In this document: positions 12,498 through 24,209 of the stretch, piece by piece | Layout of the letters: each line of letters opens with the position of its first letter | Numbering within the stretch: position 1 is the stretch's first letter | DNA from: Eledone cirrhosa | Lineage: Eukaryota | Assembly (NCBI GenBank): GCA_964016885.1 | Contig: OZ024763.1 | Location: forward strand, 15,004,001-15,068,000 | Direction: 5' to 3' | Length of the DNA: 64,000 nt | The notes under the pieces: generated by a model | Database searches by the model: none | What the model was told of the DNA's origin: nothing | What the model saw: the letters and a program-made list of their open reading frames with translations, nothing else | Translations under genes and position numbers: made by a program

Positions 12498-12685
12498 AAT
12501 TGTTTCTACGTTAGGCACAAGGCCAGCAATTACCCAGTACATTACTGGTACTTTATTTTATCGACCCTGTAAGGATAAAAGGCAAAGTTAACCTCGGCGG
12601 GATTTGAACTCAGATCGTAAAGGGACGTAACTATGCTAGAAAGCATGGCGTCCGACCCTCTACCGATACTGCCAATTCACCGCTC
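12498..12685 (-). mobile_element. Meta-domain tRNA SINE
   Basis: Same family. Confidence 0.8.
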
Positions 12686-12691
12686 TTTAAC

Positions 12692-12728
<37 letters not shown>

Positions 12729-12735
12729 TACATAC

Positions 12736-12880
12736 CTCTAACAGCTCCTGCAGTTCCAAGATGGTAAATAGCTGACAAAACATAAAATATGGCTTTCATC
12801 TCGTCTGGAGAGAATTCAAGAACTTCCATGGCATTTGTCATTTTGGCCCAACTTTGAGCTGCCTTTTGTCTATCTTCTGT
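12736..12880 (-). CDS. MYO18A: Myosin-XVIII exon (TEDRQKAAQSWAKMTNAMEVLEFSPDEMKAIFYVLSAIYHLGTAGAVR)
   Basis: Not in the ORF track; read manually. ttccag| acceptor, G|gtatgt donor, 145 nt, phase 0/1. AIYHLG motif. Confidence 0.95.
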
Positions 12881-12971
12881 CTGGAATTGAATAGAGGCAA
12901 GGACAGGTAAGTAAAGAGATTAGAGTGGACAATTACTGGTACATTGAGTTTTAAATCCTCTTGTCTTATAA

Positions 12972-13137
12972 TAATTGTTTCTACTTTAGGCACAAGGCCA
13001 GCAATTACCCAGTGCATTACTGCTACTTTATTTTATCGACCCCGTAAGGATGAAAGGCAAAGTCAACCTCGGCAGGATTTGAACTCAGATCGTAAAGGGA
13101 CGTAACTATGCTGAAAACCGATACTGCCAATCCACCT
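12972..13137 (-). mobile_element. Meta-domain tRNA SINE with target-site duplication
   Basis: Flanked by the direct repeat cctcttgtcttataataat. Confidence 0.82.
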
Positions 13138-13185
13138 CTTGTCTTATAATAATAAGTTGATTTCTCAACTTCTCGCACTTCACTA

Positions 13186-13495
13186 TCATCATCATTTTAT
13201 GTCCGCTCTTCTCTGCCTGCAAGGTGAGACGGGTCCTATTCAGCACAGCATCTCTCCACTTGTCACGGTCCTTCGTCATCTCCTCCGTGAGCTTCAGCGA
13301 TCTGAGATCAGCTCTCACCACCTCTGCCCATGATTTTCGTGGTCTTCCTCTACTGCATCTTCCTTCTACTGGGATTTATTGGCACTTCTTTACCCATCGG
13401 TCATCCTCCATGCACATCACATGTCCATACCATCACAGTCTTCTCTCCCACACACTACAACTTATCCCTCTTATACACAGTTTCTCTCTCAACAC
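13186..13495 (-). mobile_element. RTE 3' fragment of a different subfamily
   Basis: Encodes GHVMCM...RGRPRKSWAE.VRADLRSLKLTEEMTKDRDKWR and ends in (GAT)n. Confidence 0.8.
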
Positions 13496-14344
13496 TCGTT
13501 TACATATATATACCCCTGGGTCTCAAATAATCACCCCCACCCTGCTTATTTCTTTTTCAGACCCCACCTCCTTCTGCCCTTATTCATATTGGGGTTTCAA
13601 TATGTAAACTAAACGACTAATTCTGGTTTTTAAATGGAGACAACCTAAAAAAATTACTGATTTTATTGTAGCACCAGCACAAGAGAGGTTGTCATATCTT
13701 TGACACAAGTGAATGGTATGCCCAACCTTTTGTTTGGCAAGTTTTCTATCAGCCCTTCCTATCAGCAACCATGTTACAGAGTGTACTGAGTGTGTTTATT
13801 GTGTAGATCACCTACACTATAAAGGTTATCACGTCCTTGACACAACTGAAGGGTCCTCCCAACTCTTTGTTTGGCAAGCTTTCTATGATTGGATATCCTT
13901 CCTATCATCAACCACATTACAGGGTGTACTGGGTGCATTTATCATGTAAATCACCTACACTAGAGAGGTTGTTGCACAGTTGACACATCTTAAGGGTCCT
14001 CTCAACCCTTTTAATCATACATACTACAGCAGGGTGCCCTTCTACAGACATGTTTACCCTTAACATACATATTTCACCGGAAAATTCAATGGGTCACCAT
14101 GACAAAGCTGGCCTTTTGAATTACAGATAAATACAACTCAGCTTAGCCAGCTGAGTGGACTGGAGCATCATGAAATAAAGTGTCTCGCTCAAGGACACAA
14201 TGTGCCTCTGGGAATCAAATTTATGGTCTTGTGATTTTGAGCTGCATACTCTAACCCCTAAGCTATGTACGTGCCTTCACACCTACACACATGTATATAA
14301 ATAAGAAGACACACAACAACAATAACATCAACAATAGTACTCAC

Positions 14345-14405
14345 TCTTTGAAGAGGTGTCATGTATGTGTTCTGTTCAGTTAATGTGGTCAGTAGGAGTT
14401 CATTT
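14345..14405 (-). CDS. MYO18A: Myosin-XVIII exon (NELLLTTLTEQNTYMTPLQR)
   Basis: ttccag| acceptor, AGA|gtgagt donor, 61 nt, phase 2/0, bridging the neighbouring exons exactly. Similar to MYO18A TELHLNHLAENNVFGIVPL. Confidence 0.9.
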
Positions 14406-14436
14406 CTGGAAAGGGAAACAGAGCCATATATATATA

Positions 14437-14945
14437 CAGGGTGTCCCAAAAAATTTGACAACATTTCGCAGGCCAATAATTTTGGCAATTCTTGTTGAAA
14501 TAACCTCAAATTTTCACAGAATGTATAGAAACAGATCAAGATTTTATATTTAATGTTTTATATTTTTCTCTTTTCAGGTTGAGAAATGCTGTTCACTTCC
14601 AAAGAAAAGTCATTTTGCGTCTTGGAATATGCTCGAACACAGTCACCCAAGACTGTGCAGTGTGCCTTCAAACTGGCAAACAAATTTGGACCTGTACCAA
14701 AAATTTAAAGAGGAAGGCTGCTTATGCCAAACAGGCTACAGCGTGTTTGGCAAGAGCTTGACTACCGACTTGACGTGCGCCGTGTCACAGGCGGTTCACA
14801 TATTCAACACTTGTGAAATCGGTCGCAGAATTTGAGTGAATAAAATGATGATGTTCAACACCAAAACTGTCCAACTTCATTGAGCTAGACTTCGTAGCTT
14901 TCCAGATATTTGCTTTTAAAATGTCAAATTTTTGGGGACACCCTG
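14437..14945 (+). mobile_element. Non-autonomous Tc1/mariner element of a second family
   Basis: 24-bp TIRs CAGGGTGTCCC.AAAAATTTGACA and TA flanks. Retains the transposase N-terminus (EKSFCVLEYARTQSPKTVQ) and C-terminus (RVWQELDYRLDV..VTGGSHIQHL*). Confidence 0.88.
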
Positions 14946-15415
14946 TAATATTGACATGTGTCAATAAATCACTGCCATTTCCGCCACCGACACCGCCATC
15001 ACCATCACCAACATTTCTGTTTAGCGTCAGTTTTTCCATGCTTGCATTGGTCAGATGGGTCGTCCATGCCGGGAGGCCAGGTCACATCTTGCTCCGGCGA
15101 GGACCAGAAATTTGGCCGGGTATTTTACAGCTGGGTGCCCTTCCTAACACCAACCACATTTACAGTATGGGACTGGATGACTCCGTTATAAGGAGAGACA
15201 GACCAGTTGGCCGTGCAGTGTGTGATTGAAACTCTTAGAAAATGTAGGAATCTCAACAAATTAAATTATAACAGATTCAAAGCACTCTACAGTTATATAT
15301 ATATATATGATGATATATATATAACAAAGGAAATGTGGTAAGGAACCAGATGGACAATAACGCACCAAAGTACTCAATACTTAGGGTAGTAGAGTGGGTA
15401 ATAGGAACAAGTATG

Positions 15416-15511
15416 ACCCCGACGGCAGAGCTCAAGCCGTTTCGACGGCTAATTCTGGACTAAATAAGAATTTTTAGCCTGGTAAATAAATAGCCGAACT
15501 TCTCAGGGGGT
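15416..15511 (-). ncRNA. Mirror copy of the 16543-16638 hammerhead-like motif, on the myosin pre-mRNA strand
   Basis: Reverse-complement copy in the left arm of the 15401-16653 inverted repeat. Confidence 0.55.
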
Positions 15512-16542
15512 AATTCCATATATGGGAAGATAGTAATTGTCAAAAGGATTGGTCAAAAATTTGTTGTAAAGACAGATGATTCTATCATGGCATTTAGTGG
15601 AAGGTAGGGGTAGCTGAACTTGCCGGTAGAACAAAGAGGGAATGGGGGAAACCCGGTCAAGCGTTGAAAGTGAAATCTATACAGCAGATTCTAAGGAAAG
15701 TGCACTGGAGAAGGGGGGGGGGATTGAAAAAATAGGTAAATAGAAAGGGAGTAAACGAAAAAGCCATTATAAAAATGAGGAAATAAATATATAAAAAAAA
15801 TATATAAAAAACAATTTCTGGTTACTACTCCATCCCCACAATCACCAAATCTCTCATTGGTATTGCTAAGCTATAGAAAAGTTTAATAGGTGGAGAAAAA
15901 TGCTAAATACAGGATTGTAGTGAAAGAATTTTAAAAAGCCATCTTTACAGGGGGTCTAACACCACTGCTATAGTTAGTGGTAATCAGCCAATGCTATCTT
16001 ACAATGACAGGTTAATAAGTTGAGGACAAACATACTAAAAAAACTGTCATTGTAAGATAGCATTGGCTGATTACCACTAACTATAGCAGTGGTGTTAGAC
16101 CCCCTGTAAAGATGGCTTTTTAAAATTCTTTCACTACAATCCTGTATTTAGCATTTTTCTCCACCTATTAAACTTTTCTATAGCTTAGCAATACCAATGA
16201 GAGATTTGGTGATTGTGGGGATGGAGTAGTAACCAGAAATTGTTTTTTATATATTTATTTCCTCATTTTTATAATGGCTTTTTCGTTTACTCCCTTTTGA
16301 TTTACCTATTTTTTCAATCCCCCCCCCCACACACACACACCTTCTCCAGTGCACTTTCCTTAGAATCTGCTGTATAGATTTCACTTTCAACGCTTGACCG
16401 GGTTTCCCCCACTCCCTCTTTCTTCTACCAGCAAGTTCAGCTACCCCTACCTCCCACTAAATGCCATGATAGAATCATCTGTCTTTACAACAAATGTTTG
16501 ACCAATCCTTTTGACAATTACTATCTTCCCATATATGGAATT

Positions 16543-16638
16543 ACCCCCTGAGAAGTTCGGCTATTTATTTACCAGGCTAAAAATTCTTATTTAGTCCAGA
16601 ATTAGCCGTCGAAACGGCTTGAGCTCTGCCGTCGGGGT
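16543..16638 (+). ncRNA. Type I hammerhead-like ribozyme with long stem II and variant core
   Basis: ACCCC-CUGAGAA-G..CGGCUA(long hairpin)UAGCCG UC-GAA-ACGGC(loop)GCCGU-C-GGGGU, GUC triplet. Core differs from CUGANGA by one base. Confidence 0.55.
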
Positions 16639-16648
16639 CATACTTGTT

Positions 16649-16650
<2 letters not shown>

Positions 16651-16689
<39 letters not shown>

Positions 16690-16703
16690 CATATATATAT
16701 ATA

Positions 16704-16744
<41 letters not shown>

Positions 16745-16842
16745 CATATATATATATATATATATACACACACATGCACCATATATATATATATATACAC
16801 ACACATGCACCATATATATATATATATATACACACACATGCA

Positions 16843-16881
<39 letters not shown>

Positions 16882-17168
16882 CACACGCACCATATATATA
16901 TATATATATACCCACGCACCATATATATATATATATATACCCACGCACCATATATATATATACACACGCACCATATATATATATACACACGCACCATATA
17001 TATATATATATATACACACACACCATATATATATACACACACCATATATATATATATACACCATATATATATATATACACACACCATATATATATATATA
17101 TATATATACACACACCATATATATATATATATATACACACACCATATATATATATATATATACACACA

Positions 17169-17220
<52 letters not shown>

Positions 17221-17232
17221 CATATATATATA
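16651..17232. repeat. Compound (TA)n-CACACC microsatellite
   Basis: Direct inspection. Confidence 0.95.
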
Positions 17233-17288
17233 TGGTGTTGCTCCAGCAGGGCCACAGTCTAATGACTGGAATAACAACAACAGCCTAC

Positions 17289-17389
17289 CTTAAGGTAGAG
17301 TCCACTCCAGCTAACATCTGGTAAAAGACATGAAAAGTTGGTTCACCTTCAGGTCTCCGCACCAAGCGAGATTTCTCCAACATTATTAT
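17289..17389 (-). CDS. MYO18A: Myosin-XVIII exon ([34 protein letters not shown])
   Basis: ttccag| acceptor, AG|gtaggc donor, 101 nt, phase 0/2. LEKSR...FHVFY motif. Confidence 0.96.
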
Positions 17390-17787
17390 CTGGAATGGCA
17401 CAAAACAGACAGGTAACATTATCAGAGAAGATGGTGAAGAGATGGGAGAATCTGTGGGGTACATGGTGGTGGTGTGTGTGTTGAAGGGTGTTTGTGCATG
17501 CATGTATGTGTGTGTTTGCGTGTATATGTGTGCGTGTTTGTATTTGTGTGTGCATTTGTGTGTGTGTGTGTGCATGCATCATTGGCAGTGTAGTATAATG
17601 TCTGTTTTCCCAGCTAGCAAGGGCTGGATGTGTTGTCGTAGGCTGGTCAGTACTTAAGCAGAGCCACTGACCTCCAGATAGCTGGAGACCTGACATACAA
17701 TCCTGCACTCAACTCAGTGCATTTTATCAAGACATCAACACTAGTGAGGTTGTCATGTCTTTAAGACAACTGGTGCGTCTGTACAGT

Positions 17788-18640
17788 GTACACACAGGGA
17801 TACAGTGTACCTATCCTAAACTAGGTATACACAGGGATACAGTGTACCTATCCTAAACCAGGTACACACAGGGATACAGTGTACCTATCCTAAACCAGGT
17901 ACACACAGGGATACAGCGTACCTATCCTAAACCAGGTACACACAGGGATACAGCGTACCTATCCTAAACTAGGTATACACAGGGATACAGTGTACCTATC
18001 CTAAACCAGGTACACACAAGGATACAGTGTACCTATCCTAAACTAGGTATACACAGGGATACAGTATATCTATCCTAAACTAGGTACACACAGGGATAGT
18101 GTACCTATCCTAAACCAGGTACACACAAGGATAGTGTACCTATCCTAAACCAGGTACACACAGGGATACAGTGTACCTATCCTAAACTAGGTACACACAG
18201 GGATACAGTGTACCTATCCTAAACCAGATACACACAGGGATACAGTGTACCTATCCTAAACCAGGTACACACAGGGATACAGTGTACCTATCCTAAACCA
18301 GGTACACACAGGGATACAGTGTATCTATCCTAAACCACGTACACACAGGGATACAGTGAACCTGTTGTAAACCAGGTACACACAGGGAATCAGTGTACCT
18401 ATCCTAAGCCAGGTACACATAGGAATACAGTGTACCTATCCTAAACCAGGTACACACAGGAATAGAGTGTACCTATCCTAAGCCAGGTACACACAGGAAT
18501 ACAGTGTACCTATCCTAAACCAGGTACACACAGGAATAGAGTGTACCTATCCTAAGCCAGGTACACACAGGAATAGAGTGTACCTAACCTAAACCAGGTA
18601 CACACAGGAATAGAGTGTACCTAACCTAAACCAGGTATAC
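17788..18640. repeat. 37-bp minisatellite, about 23 copies
   Basis: Unit gtacacacagggatacagtgtacctatcctaaaccag. Confidence 0.93.
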
Positions 18641-18724
18641 ATAGAGACATGGTATAGCACATAGCTGTTCTATAAACCGAGATACACAGAAAGTGAGAGA
18701 AAAATATATAAAGAAATGTCTTAC

Positions 18725-18867
18725 TTGGATCGATATCCCTGACACCTGTCCTGAGAAATCGAAGTCTAAAGTGGTCAGTTTGCTAAACCTGGAAGCATTG
18801 GTGTTGAGAATTGTCCGACTGTTTCCAAATGTTTCCAGAAGGAGATCCATAGCATTTATCTTGTCAA
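18725..18867 (-). CDS. MYO18A: Myosin-XVIII exon with switch I (IDKINAMDLLLETFGNSRTILNTNASRFSK...ISIQ)
   Basis: ttacag| acceptor, CAA|gtaaga donor, 143 nt, phase 1/0. LE.FGN..T..N.NxSRF motif. Confidence 0.96.
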
Positions 18868-19171
18868 CTGTAATAAAAGAAAGTCTTTGATATTTAACCC
18901 TTTCATTACTAAATTACCTGACACCATTTCTGGTTATATGATAGAGAACTGTTCATTTTAAAGTGTTATGGATCAGGTACATGGTCCCTGATACAAACAC
19001 TTGAGAAGAAACTAGATAGTGGATACACTAAAATGCTTAGGGTTGTACAAAGCATAAACTGGTGTCAACATATCACAAATCAAAGTTTATACAGAAACTT
19101 TCCCAAGATAACAACTACAATTGCTCATAAGATGGTTACGGTTTGCAGGACATTGTTGAAGTAAGCAGGAA

Positions 19172-19556
19172 GTTATACACAAGTTACTATTGTGGGAACT
19201 AACTCACTGGAGACACAGTAGAGGAAGACCTGCTTGAACCTTCATTGATCAACTCAGTATGTTATACACAAGTTACTATTGTGGGAACCAACTGACGGGA
19301 GACACAGTAGAGGAAGACCTGCTTGAACCTTCATTGAAACTCATTAGGTTATACACAAGTTACTATTGTGGGAACCAACTGACGGGAGACACAGTAGAGG
19401 AAGACCTGCTTGAACCTTCATTGAAACTCATTAGGTTATACACAAGTTACTATTGTGGGAACCAACTGACGGGAGACACAGTAGAGGAAGACCTGCTTGA
19501 ACCTTCATTGAAACTCAGGATGTTATACACAAGTTACTATTGTGGGAACCAACTCA
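19172..19556. repeat. 87-bp tandem repeat, about 4.5 copies
   Basis: Unit begins gttatacacaagttactattgtgggaac. Confidence 0.9.
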
Positions 19557-19774
19557 GGGCAGATGCTTGAATCTTCATTGATCTAGTTTTCTCAAACGTA
19601 TACATCAGCCGATTAGCCTCATTTGCATACCGAGCAGTTCCAGTGGGTAGCAGTGACGAGAATACATAATCTTGATAACAAGTAAACACTTCGAAACAAT
19701 TGTCGATTGTTTTCTTTCAGCTAAAGGATGACGTTGTCATCCTTTAGTTCTGCAAACAAACCAACTATTGTCTG

Positions 19775-19945
19775 ACACCATGCTTTGATGCATAGAGTTA
19801 CGGCCCTTTCCATTCTGAGTTCAAATCCCGCCGAGGTTAACTTTGCCTTTCATCCTTACGGGGTCGATAAAATAAAGTACCAGTAAAGTACCAGTAATGT
19901 ACTGGGGTAATTGCTGGCCTTGTGCCAAAAGTAGAAACAATTATT
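19775..19945 (+). mobile_element. Meta-domain tRNA SINE
   Basis: Same family; partial copies also at 25144-25240 and 25424-25571. Confidence 0.78.
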
Positions 19946-20125
19946 AAAATATCATTATTCATTCACGAATACAAACATATATACATATATATATATGTAT
20001 ATATGTATATATATATATATATATATATCTTCTAAGAGAAGGCAACATGAATGGACCTGTCATTTTTCTCTAAAAACATTTTTTCCAATTGAACCCCGCC
20101 CGTCCTTTCAATCTTTCTCATTCTT

Positions 20126-20161
20126 TCTTCTGATGAAGGACTAGCGTCCGAAACGTTAAGA
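20126..20161 (+). ncRNA. Minimal (dimer-type) hammerhead ribozyme
   Basis: UCUU-CUGAUGA-A-GGAC UAGC GUCC-GAA-ACGU-U-AAGA. The palindromic ACGU helix III is typical of Penelope-associated minimal hammerheads. Confidence 0.6.
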
Positions 20162-20256
20162 CCCTCTTCCTGCTATTTCAAGCGTTAACCTAATATATAC
20201 CTTCCATATACTGTACCGATTGTTTTGTTATTTCTGTTTATACTTTATATACATAC

Positions 20257-20302
<46 letters not shown>

Positions 20303-21189
20303 ATAATAATAAATTTGAAGACTAAAATCCAAAGAGGGCTCGATAAGGATAAATATATATCAAATATATAAGAACCGTAGAGCAAATATTTATTAAAATA
20401 ACAGATTAAAGTTTAAGCAAAGAATTCCTGTCTTCCTCCGGTTGCAACGTTTTTTTTAAATATTCACTTCTGCGTTTACAGATTGACTTTGTTAGTTTCA
20501 GAAGATCCCATTAAGGGTGAAAGCAGCGATTCTTTGCTTAAACTTTAATCTGTTATTTTAATATATATATATATATTTAGGAAGGGCATCCAGCTGTAGA
20601 AAACCCGCCAGACAGTCCTATGCGAGCAAGACAACCACTCTTGCCTCAAGTTGGAAAACTCCCGTCCAAACCCATGCAAGCATGGAACATGGACGTTAAA
20701 CGATGATGATGATCATGATGATGATATGTGTGTGTGTGTGTGTGTATTCCAACAATTGAAATGAAGTGTGACTACATCCATTGTTACTTGTGATGCTCAG
20801 GTCATCGGCCTTACTGTGAGGGGGTGTGGGGCATGGGTGGAAAATGGAACAAGGGGTCCAGTCAGTATGGTAACAAACCACCCCATGTTGCTGTCACCCA
20901 ACCAACCAACCAACCAAAACTCCCTAAACTTATTTCAACAATGTAATCAGAGCAGAACTTCATATTAAAGGGGTTAGCTACTTGAAAGGTTTGTGGACCC
21001 AGAGAGAAGAAAAAATATTAGGGAGAGGAGGTGAGGTGAGGGGGGGGGGGTGCAAGAACACCCCCACCACCATATACACCCCACCCTACATATACAATCA
21101 TACAAATCAAGAAATGCTGTTACTCTCCTTCAAACCCTTGCATTGAAACAAGACTGTATCTGCCTGTCATCACTCTTCAGTTTCTATCT

Positions 21190-22890
21190 GTCAGTGTGTC
21201 TGTCAAACTCTGTGTGTCTGTGTGTCCGTCAAACTGTGTGTCTGTGTGTCCGTCAAACTCGGTGTGTCTGTGTGTGTGTCTGTCAATCTGTCTGTGTGTC
21301 TGTGTGTCTGTCAATCTGTCTCTGTGTCTGTCAATCTGTCTCTGTGTGTCTGTCAATCTGTCTGTGTGTCTGTCAATCTGTCTCTGTGTGTCTGTCAATC
21401 TGTCTGTGTGTGTCTGTCAATCTGTCTCTGTGTGTCTGTCAATCTGTCTCTGTGTGTCTGTCAATCTGTCTCTGTGTGTCTGTCAATCTGTCTCTGTGTG
21501 TCTGTCAATCTGTCTCTGTGTGTCTGTCAATCTGTCTCTGTGTGTCTGTCAATCTGTCTGTGTGTCTGTCAATCTGTCTGTGTGTCTGTCAATCTGTCTG
21601 TGTCTGTCAATCTGTCTGTGTGTGTCTGTCAATCTGTCTGTGTGTGTCTGTCAATCTGTCTCTGTGTGTCTGTCAATCTGTCTCTGTGTGTCTGTCAATC
21701 TGTCTGTGTGTCTGTCAATCTGTCTCTGTGTGTCTGTCAATCTGTCTCTGTGTGTCTGTCAATCTGTCTCTGTGTGTCTGTCAATCTGTCTCTGTGTGTG
21801 TCTGTCAATCTGTCTGTGTGTCTGTCAATCTGTCTCTGTGTGCCTGTCAATCTGTCTGTGTGTCTGTCAATCTGTCTCTGTGTGTCTGTCAATCTGTCTC
21901 TGTGTGTCTGTCAATCTGTCTCTGTGTGTCTGTCAATCTGTCTCTGTGTGTCTGCCAATCTGTCTCTGTGTGTCTGTCAATCTGTCTCTGTGTGTGTCTG
22001 TCAATCTGTCTGTGTGTGTCTGTCAATCTGTCTGTGTGTGTCTGTCAATCTGTCTGTGTGTCTGTCAATCTGTCTCTGTGTGTCTGTCAATCTGTCTCTG
22101 TGTGTCTGCCAATCTGTCTGTGTATCTGTCAATCTGTCTGTATGTCTGTCAATCTGTCTGTGTGTCTGTCAATCTCTGTGTGTCTGTCAATCTGTCTCTG
22201 TGTGTCTGTCAATCTGTCTCTGTGTGTCTGTCAATCTGTCTCTGTCAATCTGTCTCTGTGTGTCTGTCAATCTGTCTCTGTCAATCTGTCTCTGTCAATC
22301 TGTCTCTGTGTGTCTGTCAATCTGTCTCTGTGTGTCTGTCAATCTGTCTCTGTGTGTCTGTCAATCTGTCTCTGTGTGTCTGTCAATCTGTCTCTGTGTG
22401 TCTGTCAATCTGTCTCTGTGTGTCTGTCAATCTGTCTCTGTGTGTCTGTCAATCTGTCTGTGTGTCTGTCAATCTGTCTGTGTGTCTGTCAATCTCTGTG
22501 TGTCTGTCAATCTGTCTCTGTGTGTCTGTCAATCTGTCTCTGTGTGTCTGTCAATCTGTCTCTGTCAATCTGTCTCTGTGTGTCTGTCAATCTGTCTCTG
22601 TGTGTCTGTCAATCTGTCTCTGTGTGTCTGTCAATCTGTCTGTGCATCTGTCAATCTGTCTCTGTGTGTCTGTCAATCTGTCTGTGTGTGTGTGTCAATC
22701 TGTCTGTGTGTCTGTCAATCTGTCTGTGTGTCTGTCAATCTGTCTGTGTGTGTGTGTCAATCTGTCTGTGTGTCTGTCAATCTGTCTATGTGTGTCTGTC
22801 AATCTGTCTGTCAATCTGTCTGTGTGGGTCTGTCAATCTGTCTGTGTGTCTGCCTGTCTATCTGTCTCTCCATATGTCTGTCTGTCTGTC
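21190..22890. repeat. Approximately 20-24-bp TCTGTCAATCTGTC(TC)(TG)n satellite
   Basis: Direct inspection. Confidence 0.95.
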
Positions 22891-22911
22891 TGACAGTGTT
22901 TGACCATCCAT

Positions 22912-23916
22912 GGGTGGTGATAGTGTTGGTGATGGTATTGGTGGTGGTGTTGATAGTGTTGGTGGTGGAAGTGTTAGTGATGGTGTTTGTGGTGATTGCG
23001 TTAGTAGTGTTGGTGATGGTGTTTGTGGTGGTGATGGTGGTGTTGGTAGTGGTAATGGTGGTGATGGTGTTAGTGCTGGTAGTGGTAGTGTTGGTGATGG
23101 TGTTAGTGGTAGTAATGGTGATGGTAGTAGTGATGGTGGTGGTGATTGTGGTAGTGATGGTGATGGTAGTGGTAGTATTGGTGATGGTAGTAGTGATGGT
23201 GGTGGTGATTGTGGTAGTGATGGTGGTGGTGGTGATTGTGGTAGTGGTAGTATTGGTGATGGTTGTAGAGATGGTGGTGGTGATTGTGGTAGTGATGGTG
23301 GTGGTAGTAATGGTGATGGTAGTAGTGATGGTGGTGGTGGTGGTGATTGTGGTAGTGATGGTGATGGTGTTAGTGATAGTATCGGTGATGGTAGTAGTGA
23401 TGGTGGTGGTGGTGATTGTGGTAGTGATGGTGATGGTAGTGGTAGTATTGGTGATGGTAGTAGTGATGGTGGTGGTGATTGTGGTAGTGATGGTGGTGGT
23501 GGTGATTGTGGTAGTGGTAGTATTGGTGATGGTTGTAGAGATGGTGGTGGTGATTGTGGTAGTGATGGTGGTGGTAGTAATGGTGATGGTAGTAGTGATG
23601 GTGGTGGTGGTGGTGATTGTGGTAGTGATGGTGATGGTGTTAGTGATAGTATCGGTGATGGTAGTAGTGATGGTGGTGGTGGTGATTGTGGTAGTGATGG
23701 TGATGGTAGTGGTAGCAATGGTCATGGTAGTAGTGATGGTGGTGGTGATTGTGGTAGTGATGGTGGTGGTGGTGATTGTGGTAGTGGTAGTATTGGTGAT
23801 GGTTGTAGAGATGGTGGTGGTGATTGTGGTAGTGATGGTGATGGTAGTGGTAGCAATGGTCATGGTAGTAGTGATGGTGGTGGTGATTGTGGTAGAGATG
23901 ATGGTGGTGTTGGTGT
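22912..23916. repeat. GGT/GAT/AGT triplet field with a 270-bp higher-order period
   Basis: Matching blocks at 23161, 23431 and 23701; abuts the donor of the P-loop exon. Confidence 0.88.
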
Positions 23917-23925
23917 TAAACTTAC

Positions 23926-24136
23926 TTGTGATGAAATTATTGACACTGCCCGATGCCAGGACAAAATATTGGAGAATGTGATGAGCATTGGTGGTCTTAC
24001 CACTACCACTACGACCAAGCATCACAATGGACTGGTCAAGGCGGCTACTAAGCATTTCACGGTGGGCATGTTGGGCCACAGAATAGATGTGTGGGGGCAT
24101 ATCTTCTTGTTTACACCCCTTAAACATCTGGATGAC
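23926..24136 (-). CDS. MYO18A: Myosin-XVIII exon with P-loop ([18 protein letters not shown]...GRSGSGKTT...NNFIT)
   Basis: ttgtag| acceptor, A|gtaagt donor, 211 nt, phase 0/1. PPHIY and GxSGxGKT motifs. Confidence 0.96.
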
Positions 24137-24177
24137 CTACAACAGGAAAAAAGAAGAAATTTAAGCATTTCATTTAT

Positions 24178-24209
<32 letters not shown>

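Larger units (their letters stand above)
15401..16653. repeat. Inverted repeat with arms of about 610 bp and a 33-bp spacer (Penelope-like)
   Basis: 15401-16010 is the near-perfect reverse complement of 16044-16653. Confidence 0.92.

Noticed and set aside
19645-19715. Hammerhead-like GTGACGA...GAAACAATTGTC
   Set aside because: The core lacks C3 and stem I only forms if a deletion is assumed; too degenerate to call.
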